This document shows, piece by piece, positions 30,277 through 40,451 of a stretch of DNA of 64,000 nucleotides. The translations under genes and the position numbers were made by a program. Source of the DNA: Chloroflexota bacterium (lineage in GTDB: Bacteria > Chloroflexota > UBA11872 > VXOZ01); the NCBI GenBank assembly GCA_965221905.1, contig OZ244922.1:2720001-2784000 (forward strand), written 5' to 3'. Each line of letters starts with the position of its first letter. Position 1 is the stretch's first letter. Below the pieces are notes generated by a model. It did no database searches, had not been told where the DNA came from, and saw only the letters and a list, made by a program, of their open reading frames with translations.

Positions 30277-30954
30277 CTACTCTTCGCTAAACACCACGTA
30301 CCCAAACCGGTTTGGCATGTGGAACTGGATCTCGCCGGTGGGGGACCAGGCGGTGTATTCATCGGCGTCGTGGGCGCGGTCGATGCGGTAAAAGTTGGCG
30401 CGCCAGCGGTCGCCATGGCGGGGCGGCACGTGGGGCGCGGTCATGCACTGGTCGAAGGGGATCGCTATCTCGGTCGTCCAAGCGCGGTCGGTACCTGTGC
30501 GGGAGTTAACCACGCCATCCACCTGCACTGCCGTTTGCAGGTCGGGGCAATCCCAGCAGAAGAGCTCGTGACTCTTATCTCCGCGCCGGAAGCAGGCCAG
30601 ATCTACGATCACGTTGTTCGGGCTGACCTCAAACTCCAGAAACGACCATTCGTCGCAGTCGTCATCCAGGAAGACCTCCACCACCTCTTCATCCCACAGG
30701 GGTTCATCCCGATTCGTGTAGGTTCCCCAGATGTCCGGGTCTTCTGCCCGAAAGCCCACGTATAGGAAAGTATCGTCCCAGAGTGCGCGTACTTCCGTTG
30801 GGTAGCGCGGGGCATCGCCGCTGACGGTTTCTACGAGATGCAACGGTTCCGCATGCTGCCAGGCTGGTTCGTCGAGCGCGCCGTCGACCGTGATCGGCGA
30901 CGTGGCGCGACGGCAGATGTAGGAAGGAATTGGAGGAAGTATGGAGTTTGTCAT
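30277..30954 (-). CDS. Carbohydrate-binding family 9-like protein
   Basis: VDGALDEPAW, LWDDTFLY, VEVFLD, EFEVSP, WTTEIAIP, WRANFYR, AWSPT..FH.P.RFG. Confidence 0.85.
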   Translation of the reverse strand: MTNSILPPIPSYICRRATSPITVDGALDEPAWQHAEPLHLVETVSGDAPRYPTEVRALWDDTFLYVGFRAEDPDIWGTYTNRDEPLWDEEVVEVFLDDDCDEWSFLEFEVSPNNVIVDLACFRRGDKSHELFCWDCPDLQTAVQVDGVVNSRTGTDRAWTTEIAIPFDQCMTAPHVPPRHGDRWRANFYRIDRAHDADEYTAWSPTGEIQFHMPNRFGYVVFSEE

Positions 30955-31100
30955 TGGTCCTAAGTCCTTATTGTGCTTTGGCAGCCTAGGTCAGCCACTA
31001 TAGGGACAAGCGCAAGTATTCACCAGGTTCATTTCTTGATGGAGGAGATTTCTGCAAGACTGTTCCAAGCAAGCGAAATGCATTGCCATGACGAGGAATC

Positions 31101-31135
31101 CCCCCTCACCGTAACCCTCTCCCCCAGGAGAGGGA
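31101..31135. repeat. REP-like palindrome (CCCCTCACCnnAACCCTCTCCC type)
   Basis: CCCCCTCACCGTAACCCTCTCCCCCAGGAGAGGGA hairpin in an intergenic gap. Confidence 0.55.
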
Positions 31136-31224
31136 ACTGGAGACGGCGGAAAGGGCGCTCTGACCCGTTACTCAATCTATGTGACGTCTTCCCAATGAAG
31201 TGGCAGACAACCCGGTCTGCCCTA

Positions 31225-33528
31225 TTACGTCACATCTAACCATACCGGGCTTGACCACGCCATCTCGTCATCTTCTTGCGTTACGCGCACGTAGTAGTAG
31301 TCTCCCGTGCGCGCTGCGCCAGCGTCCTCCCATGTAAGGTCAACACCGTGAGCGGGATTCTGCCACGTATGCACGTCCTCGTTGTTCTTTATCACCGTCA
31401 CGCTGCCGAGCGGCGCGGTGCCGATCACGTTCACGACCAGCCGACGGGGATCGGTGGACCCAAGCGCAAGATCAGACCCCATCCAGCAGTCATTCACCTT
31501 GAATGAGAGTAAAATGCGCGCGCCGGAGGTGGCATAGGTGCGCCGCGCCCGCCAGGCCGCGAAGATCTCCTTACGCGTGAGGCCCGTCGCCCACACGACC
31601 GCCAGTCCCGACGGTTTCCAAATCGCGTCGGCCACAGACTTGCTGAACTGCTCACCGATACCCGCGTAGCCGGGACGGGCGTCGTGGTTGTCGCTGCCGG
31701 CGATCACGCCCACGCGCGATCCGGTAGCCAGCACTTCCTGCAGCGAAAGGCCGCCCTGTGTCCGCCACGGCTGGCGCGGATTGCCCCGAATCTCCGAGTT
31801 ACCCCAGCCGGAATACATCTCCAGCAGCCGTTCATACTTGGGATTGTGCTGGTGCCAGCGAATGCCCGCCAGCGGGTGGTGGCCGAATGCCAGCACGTCC
31901 TCGCGGCCTTCCAGGTGATGCCACACGCGCTCGAGATTCCCCGTCGCGACCGCACTCCCGCGCAGAATTTGATGGTAGTCGTTTTCGCTGTAGACGTTGC
32001 GGTGTCCCAGGCCGTGCCCTTCTTCATCCGCATTCATGTACGCCCACTCGAAGCCGCTGATCGGTACGAATTCACCCGGCTTGTGGTAGCGCTGCACCAG
32101 GACTTGATTGGCGGTCCACTGGTTGTCGGTCTCGTACTCGGCGTGCTCCGAGGCGCACATGAAGTCAAGATTCGCCACGTGGCGCCCGTGCTCATACTGG
32201 GCCTCGATTTCTCCAACCGCATCACCGGAGTAGATGGAATGAGAGTGAATATCGCCGAAGTACACGCGCAACTCCGGCAGCTCCGGCGCGCTCACGACCG
32301 GACTGGAAACGCCCGCAAGGCCGTCATCGGTCTCGGCCGTAATCACGTATGTGCCCTCGCCCTGGGGCACCCACGTCACCCGGCAATGGCTGCCGTCTTC
32401 CTCCCGCAAGTGAATTGGGGCGGGGAGTTCTACGTCATCCCGGTCGCAGGAGAAGCGCACGCGCCCGGTGTACGCCGGCACGGCCAGCGCCTGAAACCGG
32501 TCCAACACCGCTATGTTCAGATCATGGGGCACGCCGACCTGGGCATGGGCTTTGGCCGTGACGAAGAGCTTGGCGGGCCTATCCGGGACCACCGTGAAAG
32601 TGTGCGCATGGTCGCGCGCAAGCGGCAGAAACGTCTCCGTGGCGCGGGCGTCAACCCAGACCGTGAGCACGGGCATGCGGTGCCACCACGCCCGCTTGTA
32701 GTTGTGGGTATAGGTCCAAGCGACGACGTTGGCTTGCGCGCCAGGGCCGCCCCCACTCCGGTCGCCGAAGACGAGCGTGATAGTATCGCCCGTCCGTAAC
32801 GGCGCAACGGACACGGTCACACGAATTCCAAACTCACGGTCGTGCAGGCCGGTTACCGGTTCGACGATTTCGGTTATGTCAACGCGGCTGCTTCCTGCAT
32901 GCGATACGGTTACGTAGCCCGGTCCACTCGGATCCTCGGTCTGTGGGATATGGTTGTCACGCCACAGCGAACCCTCCACAAATGCCAAGATGCCGCCGCC
33001 CACGGCAATGCCCTCTTTGCCCACGGTGTGGGTCATGCGAAACTCGTGGCGGGAGCAAGAGACCACCCGATTCGGCGTCAATTCGCTGAATCCGCTGGGA
33101 TCGCTAAACAGCGCGTGCAGATCGGACTCGGTGCGCACTGCCGGGGGTACCTCCAAAGCCAGGTCATCGCTGAGGACAACGCCGTGAAAACCCCGCAGTG
33201 TCGCTTCCGGCATGGAGACGCGCATCTGCAGGAAATTCGCACGCAACGAAACGGTGGCAACCCGCGTCCACACGAGTTCCGGCCGCACCCGCGGATCAAG
33301 GCGTACGCGGCCGCTGGCGCCATCCAACTCAACTTCAACGTAGCGCTCTTCCGCAGGGTGCGGCGAGACACCCAGCCACAGGTCGTAAGGGCGGTCCACG
33401 TTCCAGCCGCGAGCTTGGAGCGTGAGGTCGGCAACCGTGCGTTGGTAGTGCTGGCCCCGGAACGCGACCTTCTGCTCGCTGTAGGCGAACTCGGTCGGCT
33501 CGAATAATAGATAGCGTCGGTCGTTCAT
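31225..33528 (-). CDS. DUF3604 / PHP-fold metallohydrolase
   Basis: YFGDIHSHS, SEH, SGFEW, GHRNV, HHP, AGSDNH, RRTYATSG, YYYVRVTQ..MAWSSPVW. Confidence 0.82.
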   Translation of the reverse strand: MNDRRYLLFEPTEFAYSEQKVAFRGQHYQRTVADLTLQARGWNVDRPYDLWLGVSPHPAEERYVEVELDGASGRVRLDPRVRPELVWTRVATVSLRANFLQMRVSMPEATLRGFHGVVLSDDLALEVPPAVRTESDLHALFSDPSGFSELTPNRVVSCSRHEFRMTHTVGKEGIAVGGGILAFVEGSLWRDNHIPQTEDPSGPGYVTVSHAGSSRVDITEIVEPVTGLHDREFGIRVTVSVAPLRTGDTITLVFGDRSGGGPGAQANVVAWTYTHNYKRAWWHRMPVLTVWVDARATETFLPLARDHAHTFTVVPDRPAKLFVTAKAHAQVGVPHDLNIAVLDRFQALAVPAYTGRVRFSCDRDDVELPAPIHLREEDGSHCRVTWVPQGEGTYVITAETDDGLAGVSSPVVSAPELPELRVYFGDIHSHSIYSGDAVGEIEAQYEHGRHVANLDFMCASEHAEYETDNQWTANQVLVQRYHKPGEFVPISGFEWAYMNADEEGHGLGHRNVYSENDYHQILRGSAVATGNLERVWHHLEGREDVLAFGHHPLAGIRWHQHNPKYERLLEMYSGWGNSEIRGNPRQPWRTQGGLSLQEVLATGSRVGVIAGSDNHDARPGYAGIGEQFSKSVADAIWKPSGLAVVWATGLTRKEIFAAWRARRTYATSGARILLSFKVNDCWMGSDLALGSTDPRRLVVNVIGTAPLGSVTVIKNNEDVHTWQNPAHGVDLTWEDAGAARTGDYYYVRVTQEDDEMAWSSPVWLDVT

Positions 33529-33752
33529 ACGTGCTTCCTCCCTAGAGAATCAGGAACGCCCGACCTACATTGCGGGCAGATCCGGCGTCCTAGCCTTACA
33601 CAATTTGACACGCACATCTTCTTCAATCTAGAGCGTTCGCCCTATCACGGCGCAAACCGGAGTCTATTGCAGGAAATCGACTGCAATTCTAGCACGAACG
33701 CACATGATCGGCCATGAAAATGTACTTTTGAGGGTTATGCCGTCCTAGGCGC

Positions 33753-35123
33753 TTACTTTTCTATGCCCAGCCGCGCCAATTCCTCTTGCTCTTTTTCGAG
33801 GACGAGATTACCAGCCTTTACGGCGGTGTCAACCGCTTCCTCTATGCTAACTTCATTAAGCCAGCCCTTGTTCAATTCATTCCGCACCGCTGCTACCCAT
33901 TCATTCGTAAAGTATGAGTACGGGTAGGCGTAGCCAACTTCCATAGCCTGCACAAACACTTTTGCGGCCTCGGGGTAGTCGCTCAGCTCTGCCCAATTAG
34001 CCGCGCCGCGCCACGTGGCAGGCAAGTTCCACACAGCCGTAGACTGTTCGCCCACCTCGGAAGTTGTAGAGTGCTTGATGAATTCCCATGCGGCATCCGG
34101 GTGAGCGATTGGGTTCAGCACGGCCAAGGCGCCGGCATGAATCACGCTGGCCGGTCGCACGCTGGCGGGCAGCATCTGCGCATGCCAGTTGAATTCCCTC
34201 ATCTGCGGGCGGCCGAAGAGAAAGGACCCACTCGAGTACAGCGCTATCGCTCCCGAGGTAAACATCGTGAAGTGATTACCAAGATCTGTCATCTCTTGGT
34301 TTGTTGGCGCCACGCGGTACTTGTAGACCAGGTCATGAACGAATTTTATCGCTTCCAGGCCGGGTTCCTCCCCAAACTTAAAAGCGGTTTTGTCTTCGTT
34401 GAGGATGTCGCCGCCGTTAAGCACGATCCAGTTGTAGCCCTGCGTCTGACCCCACGGACTCACCTGGGTGCCAAAGCGCTCAACTTTGTCCCCCTGACGG
34501 GTTGTTAGCTTCTCAGACAGATCAAGCCAATCTTCCCAATTCCACCCCTCTTGCGGGGCATCCAGACCCGCCTGCTGCAGCGCATCCACATTGTAGAACA
34601 TATTGACGGTTGCTTGATTCTTCGGCATGCCCCAGAACTTGCCGAACACCGTGTAAATGCTGAGCGCGTAGGGGGCGAAAATATCCTGCATGTCGATCCC
34701 ATCGCGCGCTATGTACGAGTCGAGCTCCGTCAGTAGTCCACCGGCCGCAAAGGACATAATTCCGTGTGCGTTGATCCACAAGAGATCATAGGGGATGGAA
34801 CCGGCAGCCGCCGCGATCTTGAGGTTGTTTTGCATCTCGCCCTGATTGGGGCTGATGTCCGTGGTCACATTTATGCGACCGCCGTTTTGCGCCACAAAAT
34901 CCTCATTAACCCGGTCATTATCGTCGGCAACCACTTGGGCGTGCGTAATGGCCTTGATCTCAATCGTCTCCGGCTCAGGAGCAGGCTTAGTCTCCGGCTT
35001 CGCTTCAGCCTGCTCCGCCTCTGGCGCAGTGGCGACGGTGGCGGTCCCACAAGCTGCAAGTGTGACTGGAACGCTCGCCGCTCCAATGAGTGCTAGTACT
35101 CGTCGACGTGTTGTGGCAATCAT
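33753..35123 (-). CDS. Sugar ABC transporter substrate-binding Tat lipoprotein (orphan)
   Basis: TTRRRVL...LAAC signal; MFYNVD, WNWEDWL, AAWEFIK. Confidence 0.9.
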   Translation of the reverse strand: MIATTRRRVLALIGAASVPVTLAACGTATVATAPEAEQAEAKPETKPAPEPETIEIKAITHAQVVADDNDRVNEDFVAQNGGRINVTTDISPNQGEMQNNLKIAAAAGSIPYDLLWINAHGIMSFAAGGLLTELDSYIARDGIDMQDIFAPYALSIYTVFGKFWGMPKNQATVNMFYNVDALQQAGLDAPQEGWNWEDWLDLSEKLTTRQGDKVERFGTQVSPWGQTQGYNWIVLNGGDILNEDKTAFKFGEEPGLEAIKFVHDLVYKYRVAPTNQEMTDLGNHFTMFTSGAIALYSSGSFLFGRPQMREFNWHAQMLPASVRPASVIHAGALAVLNPIAHPDAAWEFIKHSTTSEVGEQSTAVWNLPATWRGAANWAELSDYPEAAKVFVQAMEVGYAYPYSYFTNEWVAAVRNELNKGWLNEVSIEEAVDTAVKAGNLVLEKEQEELARLGIEK

Positions 35124-35162
35124 GAGATATCTCCATGAATTACTTTCTACACACAACTACAT

Positions 35163-36086
35163 TTAGGACGAATCTACGCTTGAAGCATAGTGGCCTAACG
35201 CATCGTCTGTCAACCGCGACCACGTATCGAGCTCGCGCAGCGATTGCGCGTCTACTGTCGTGACCGGCTCACGCACGGTCGCATGCGCGATGGCGCCCGC
35301 GCGCACGAGGAGATGCTTTGCGGACTGGATGAACATCTGCAGATTTGCTCCCTTTGCCACGAGCACCGGCAGGATCGCGGCATAAATGGCCCGCGCTCCG
35401 TCAATATCGCCCGCCAGATAGCGCTCGTAGACCTGAGCCATTGGACCAATCGCATCAGCGCCGGGCATGCACCCTACGGCACCGCGCTCCAGCGCCTCGA
35501 TGAAGCCGATCCCGCCCCAACCCACGAGCATGGCAAGGCGATCGCCGCTTTGCTCACGAAGCGCTTCCATGAGCGGCCACGCGGGCTGCGCCTCAAGTTT
35601 CACATATTGAATGTTCGAGCATCGCTCCGCCATCTGCGCAATCATGCCGGCCGTAAGGCCGTAACCCACCACTTGCGGACAGTCCTGTACCATGATGGGC
35701 ACGTTGACGGCGTCCGCCACCGCCGTGTAGAACTGCACGACACTCGCAGCGTCTACCGGACCGGGCGGCGGCAATACCATGAGCCCGACCACACCCGCTG
35801 CCACCAGCCAACGCGCTTGACGCACAGCTTCCACTGTGGCTGCCGCCTGAAGACCGGAAATCACAGGCACGCGGTCGCCCACTTGCGCCACGACGGTCTC
35901 CACAACGAGCAGCTTTTCCTCCTCGCTCAAGCGATTGGTCTCACTGGCAAGGCCCAGGCATACCACGGCATGCGCGCCTTCATCCAAGACATGATCGGTC
36001 AAGCGGCGCAGACTGTCGTAGTCCAGCGACTCATCCGGCATGAAGGGCGTGCAAAGCACCGCCAAGACGCCGTGAAAGTCGTCCAT
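35163..36086 (-). CDS. DapA-like aldolase/dehydratase (2-keto-3-deoxy-sugar-acid dehydratase-like subtype)
   Basis: TPF, GLASE, IMVQD, VKLE (Schiff-base Lys), GCMPG. Confidence 0.85.
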   Translation of the reverse strand: MDDFHGVLAVLCTPFMPDESLDYDSLRRLTDHVLDEGAHAVVCLGLASETNRLSEEEKLLVVETVVAQVGDRVPVISGLQAAATVEAVRQARWLVAAGVVGLMVLPPPGPVDAASVVQFYTAVADAVNVPIMVQDCPQVVGYGLTAGMIAQMAERCSNIQYVKLEAQPAWPLMEALREQSGDRLAMLVGWGGIGFIEALERGAVGCMPGADAIGPMAQVYERYLAGDIDGARAIYAAILPVLVAKGANLQMFIQSAKHLLVRAGAIAHATVREPVTTVDAQSLRELDTWSRLTDDALGHYASSVDSS

Positions 36087-36118
36087 TGAATTACTCCCTC
36101 CAGGGCAAGAGAACTGCG

Positions 36119-36145
36119 TGTCACTCCGAGCGCAGCGAGGAATCT
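36119..36145. repeat. REP-like palindrome (GTCAyTCCGAGCGCAGCGAGGAATCT type)
   Basis: TGTCACTCCGAGCGCAGCGAGGAATCT just upstream of the dapA-like gene RBS. Confidence 0.55.
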
Positions 36146-36347
36146 AGAGCGTAACGCGGGGGCTTGTCGTCCTTGTCTTGCTAGATCGTAGCGCGGGCGC
36201 TTGGCCCCCGCCTTTCGGCACGGGAAGATAAAAACTGCTACGGTAATCTGCTCAAGTCCCATGCTACCTTGTATCCCAAGAAGCCACAGTTATGTGGTCT
36301 GTTCCTTGTGGAATTACCAAAAGTCTGGTGCACCAGGCCCGACAAGG

Positions 36348-37316
36348 CTATCCTCCGCCTGCACCATCAGACTGCGCCGTCAACGCCTCGCTCACCTCCC
36401 ACAGCCGCTGGGCCGCTTCCGTATCATTGGAAGCTGGCGACGACTCCACGACTTCCCGTCGTTCAAAATAGCAGCCGGTGACCTCGGCTACCTCAGGAGC
36501 AGCGGCAAGGTAGATTGCCGTGTCGGCCCCTTGCGCGGGCGTGAGCAACATCGGGCGAGCAATTCTAACCGAAAGCCCTAGTAACCGCGGCAAATGACGA
36601 AAGAGCGCCGTCGAAACCACGCCGGGATGGAGGCAATTGGCGGTGACGCCTGTCCCCTCCAGGCGGCGCGCCAACTCATACGTAAAGTACACGTTAGCCA
36701 GCTTCGTTTGACTGTAGACGTCAAACGGCACGTACCGCTGCTCGTTCTGCAGGTCGTCAAAGTCTAGTGTCACCCGCCGGTGCGCCCCCGAACTAACAGT
36801 GACGACACGCGCCGGGGCACTCGCCTTGAGCCGGTCAAGCAGAAGGCTAGTAAACAGGAACGGCGCCAGGTGGTTCACGGCGAACGTCAGCTCCAGCCCG
36901 TCTTCTGCTGCCGCGCGCCACTGCCACGGAGTCACACCCGCGTTGTTGACCAGCACGTCGAGACGGTCGAACTGCTCAAGAAACGACGCCGCTACTTCAC
37001 GCACCTGCCGCTGCGAATTGAAGTCTGCCAAGAGAAGCGCAACAGAGTCGTTGCCGGTGCGCTGCTTAATCTCAGCCAGCGCCTCGCTCCCCCGGTACTC
37101 ACTGCGGCATACCAGCACAACCGTCGCGCCCATGTGCGCCAGGCTGAGCGCCGTCTCCTTGCCAATGCCGGAGTTTGCGCCGGTGACCACACAGACTTTG
37201 CCGCGCATATCGACATTAACGGCGGCAAAGTTCGGTCTCTTCATGCGGCGAACCCCGGCAATACCCACGCGAAGCGTGGAAATTCCCGCTCTTGCTTTCT
37301 TGATAACACTACTCAT
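36348..37316 (-). CDS. SDR oxidoreductase (retinol dehydrogenase-like)
   Basis: TGANSGIG, NNAG, VNHLAPF, YSQTK, LHPG. Confidence 0.92.
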   Translation of the reverse strand: MSSVIKKARAGISTLRVGIAGVRRMKRPNFAAVNVDMRGKVCVVTGANSGIGKETALSLAHMGATVVLVCRSEYRGSEALAEIKQRTGNDSVALLLADFNSQRQVREVAASFLEQFDRLDVLVNNAGVTPWQWRAAAEDGLELTFAVNHLAPFLFTSLLLDRLKASAPARVVTVSSGAHRRVTLDFDDLQNEQRYVPFDVYSQTKLANVYFTYELARRLEGTGVTANCLHPGVVSTALFRHLPRLLGLSVRIARPMLLTPAQGADTAIYLAAAPEVAEVTGCYFERREVVESSPASNDTEAAQRLWEVSEALTAQSDGAGGG

Positions 37317-37428
37317 AGCGGTCTGCCGTACCCATGGTGGTCTCCTATCGCAATTGTAGGTCTTGAGTGATTTGCCGGCAGAGCCCGCTTTCCAGCACCT
37401 GCTATAGGAAACAAAGTTTGTGCAGCTC

Positions 37429-37497
37429 CGTCATTCCGGCGAAAGCCGGAATCCATCTTCGCTACACCCCCTGGAATCCGGTTTTCGCCGGAGGGAC
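37429..37497. repeat. Inverted pair of REP-like palindromes, family B (GTCATTCCGGCGAAAGCCGGAATCCA)
   Basis: CGTCATTCCGGCGAAAGCCGGAATCCA plus degenerate inverted TGGAATCCGGTTTTCGCCGGAGGGAC; another copy at 50091. Confidence 0.75.
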
Positions 37498-37686
37498 CAC
37501 TACCAAACCGACCGCCCTTGAGATCCCGATTACTGTTGCGGCACGTCTAACGGATACTGCCACCTCCGCACACAATTCCTTGCAAGTTGGCTCTAACTGC
37601 TCCCCCGCTTCGCCAGCCAACTTGCCATCAGACCACCCAGACACTGATGACAATAGGCCTGCAAGTATTAAATGATGGTGGATCGC

Positions 37687-39168
37687 TCAGTGTCGCACGT
37701 CAACCTTCCAATACTCTGTATGCGCCCCCGGTTGCCCTTGGTTGCGCATCTCGGTATCGGGTACGTGCTGAACGGCGCGCACCGGCAACTCCCCATCTTC
37801 CAGCAATCCGCCGCCGCGCTCGCGTTGGCGTCTGATGAGTTCGTCCCGCAGCTCCTCTTTCTTGTCAGCGGCCCCTTTCGCGTGGGCGAGGTTGTGTGCT
37901 TCCTGTGGGTCGGATTCCAAGTCAAACAGTTGCTCGGCGGATCCTTCCGGATACCATATATACTTCCAGCATCCATCGGTGATTGCTAGATAAATGCAGT
38001 CAAGGCGTAGGTCCTTGCCCGTCGGCCCCGGCCCGTTCATCCCTTCCAGGTAGCGCCGTGGCGACTCAAGCTCGCCTCGCGCTACGGCGACCAGGTCTTG
38101 GCCGTCGGTATCAGCCGGTGGTTCGCCCCCGGCCGCCTTCAGCAGCGTGGGCAGAATGTCGGCATGCGTAACCGGCGTTGCAACTTGCGTGCCGTGGCAG
38201 CGATTGTCCCAGCTACTCGGCATGCGCATTGCGAAGGGCACGTGCGCCGAGGGCTCGTGGAAGTGACTCTTGCCGCCGGCACGGTGATCGCCCAGAAACT
38301 CCCCGTGGTCGGACGTATAGATGATAAGCGTCTCGTGGTAGAGCCTCAGGTCTTCAAGCGCGCTGTACACCCGCGCCAGATTATAGTCTATCTGCGTTAT
38401 CAAGCCGTAGTACGCGGAACGCGCCTCGCGGATAACTTCCGGCGTCAGGATGTCATAGGAGCGCCGCTTCTGTTGCTTCGCAAAGGCCGGCGGACAATCG
38501 TCGGTATCCCGCCAGTCGCCAATGACCGGATCGGGGATAGACTCTTGGCGGTACATCGAGTAATACGGTTCCGGCGGGTCGAACGGCGGATGCGGCTTGG
38601 TGAAAGAACACCACAGGAAGAACGGCACGGAAGGATCGCGGCGAAAGTGGATGTACTGTACACACTGCTCGGCAATCCAGGAAGTCAGCGTCAGGGCTTC
38701 CGGCACGGTGGCCATGCCGGGATAGAGTTCGTTCTGGCCGAGGCCGTGCCGCATCGGCTGGAAGTCATTGCCTGAATGGCGCATCTGGCGGTAGTAATCA
38801 TCGGGCAGGATCATTTCATCGAAGCCGTGCCGCACGCGCTCCGGGCCGAAGTGCATCTTGCCGATAGCAATCGTCTGGTACCCCAACTCGCGCAGATACC
38901 ACGGCAGTGTGCCTTCTCTTCCCAGTATCCTCGAGGTAATGCCGTTGCCGGTCATGCCGTGGGAAAAGACCTGCTTGCCCGTCATGATGCCCATGCGCGA
39001 GGGCACGCAAACCGGATCATCCGTATAGCCGCTGGTAAACTCAACACCCTCGTAACGCAGGCGGTCGTAGTGCGGCGTGCGGAGGAAGGACGGCCCGGCG
39101 CCGCCGGACGCATCATAGCGCTGTTGGTCGGTGGTAATGAGGAGAATGTTTGGTTGCTCTACAGCCAT
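37687..39168 (-). CDS. Formylglycine-dependent sulfatase
   Basis: PNILLITTDQQR, CVPSR, GKMH, KPHPPF, TSDHGE. Confidence 0.93.
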   Translation of the reverse strand: MAVEQPNILLITTDQQRYDASGGAGPSFLRTPHYDRLRYEGVEFTSGYTDDPVCVPSRMGIMTGKQVFSHGMTGNGITSRILGREGTLPWYLRELGYQTIAIGKMHFGPERVRHGFDEMILPDDYYRQMRHSGNDFQPMRHGLGQNELYPGMATVPEALTLTSWIAEQCVQYIHFRRDPSVPFFLWCSFTKPHPPFDPPEPYYSMYRQESIPDPVIGDWRDTDDCPPAFAKQQKRRSYDILTPEVIREARSAYYGLITQIDYNLARVYSALEDLRLYHETLIIYTSDHGEFLGDHRAGGKSHFHEPSAHVPFAMRMPSSWDNRCHGTQVATPVTHADILPTLLKAAGGEPPADTDGQDLVAVARGELESPRRYLEGMNGPGPTGKDLRLDCIYLAITDGCWKYIWYPEGSAEQLFDLESDPQEAHNLAHAKGAADKKEELRDELIRRQRERGGGLLEDGELPVRAVQHVPDTEMRNQGQPGAHTEYWKVDVRH

Positions 39169-39180
39169 GAATAGTAACCC

Positions 39181-40206
39181 TTAGAGCTCCTGATACGCTT
39201 CGACCACCATCTGCCACGCCAGGGCCGGATCGCCGCCGTGATGATACGCTGTGCCGCCCGGTTCCCCCAAGAACGACCACACGGCCAGCATGTCCGCGCC
39301 CATCTCGGCCGCCGCCAGCAAGCTGCGCTTCACGTCGGGCTCTCTGTTGGGCGGAATCCAAATTGACTGCACCCAAATCTGACAGGGCTTCTTATACTTG
39401 TGAGATAAGTCAATCGCCTTCTGGGTATTCTGCTCAAAGTACTCCCAGTCGCCGCCGTGGCGATGGATCCAATACGGATCGGTGGAGAACACGTCCACCT
39501 CAGGAAGCGCGACAAATGGTTCCCAGTCGTCTACACCGTACCAACCGGGACCGGAAGACGGGTGCCGTCCGCTCTCATCCAGCGGCATGAGGCAGAGTAC
39601 GTTCTCGCCTCCGCCTACCTCTTTACCGGCGCGGAGCAGCCGCGTCAGGAAGATCTGCAGAGAATCTTGACGAAATTGCCGTACGTCGTCGTCGAGTTGC
39701 GTCGGCATGGCCCGCTTGAAACGGCGGGAATACGCCTCTTGGCACGAGGCGCAACGGCACGCCCAGACCTGAGGAAAGTTGCTGTCGCTTGAAAAGTGCG
39801 GCTCGTCCCAAAAGACGCCGTCCGGCTGAAAGTGCGCAATGATTTCCCGGGCGCGTTCCTCCATCCAGGCGGCGTATTCCGGGTTGTTCGGACACGCCAT
39901 CGCCTCGGTAGAACGGACGCCGTTCGAGAAATACTGCGCGGCTTCCGGGTGTTCCAAGAGGTAGCGCGTGGACTGTATGTATGAAGCAAACGCGCCAAAG
40001 CCGTGCCAGTTGAGATAGAACTTCAGACCCAACTCCCGGGCTTTCTCCACAATGCGTTCCCGTGCCGCGCGGAACAGATACCAATCGGTCTCGTTCACCG
40101 TCATGTTGATTGAGGTGCACCCGGCGGCCTTGATCTCTTCGAGGTCTTGATCGTTATGGTGCGGATACCATCCACCGGCATAGGCAACATTCTTATCAAT
40201 GACCAT
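39181..40206 (-). CDS. Glycoside-hydrolase-like TIM-barrel protein with a Cys cluster
   Basis: ACPNNP, FWDEPH, CRCASC, STDPYW resemble GH42-like barrels; family not assignable by eye. Confidence 0.55.
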   Translation of the reverse strand: MVIDKNVAYAGGWYPHHNDQDLEEIKAAGCTSINMTVNETDWYLFRAARERIVEKARELGLKFYLNWHGFGAFASYIQSTRYLLEHPEAAQYFSNGVRSTEAMACPNNPEYAAWMEERAREIIAHFQPDGVFWDEPHFSSDSNFPQVWACRCASCQEAYSRRFKRAMPTQLDDDVRQFRQDSLQIFLTRLLRAGKEVGGGENVLCLMPLDESGRHPSSGPGWYGVDDWEPFVALPEVDVFSTDPYWIHRHGGDWEYFEQNTQKAIDLSHKYKKPCQIWVQSIWIPPNREPDVKRSLLAAAEMGADMLAVWSFLGEPGGTAYHHGGDPALAWQMVVEAYQEL

Positions 40207-40291
40207 TCGCAGACACCTTTCTCACGGCCGAAACCGCTCGCCTAAAGCTAAGTCGTATCCAAAAGGGTGCGTGAAGTGCCTCACCCGTTCG

Positions 40292-40430
40292 CCGTTCATG
40301 GTTCGACAGGCTCACCACGAACGGACGTCTTTCCGCGGATGGAAGAGACTAGAGTTCGTCCTGATAGTCAGTATCCGTTCGTCCTGAGCGTGCCTGTCCT
40401 GAGCTTGTCGAAGGGTCGAAGGATGAATGG
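40292..40430. repeat. Family-A REP pair; the second copy carries a nested 23-bp palindrome
   Basis: CCGTTCATGGTTCGACAGGCTCACCACGAACGG (40292) and CCGTTCGTCCTGAGCGT[GCCTGTCCTGAGCTTGTCGAAGG]GTCGAAGGATGAATGG (40375). Confidence 0.85.
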
Positions 40431-40451
40431 ATACTCCACTAGCACACCCGC

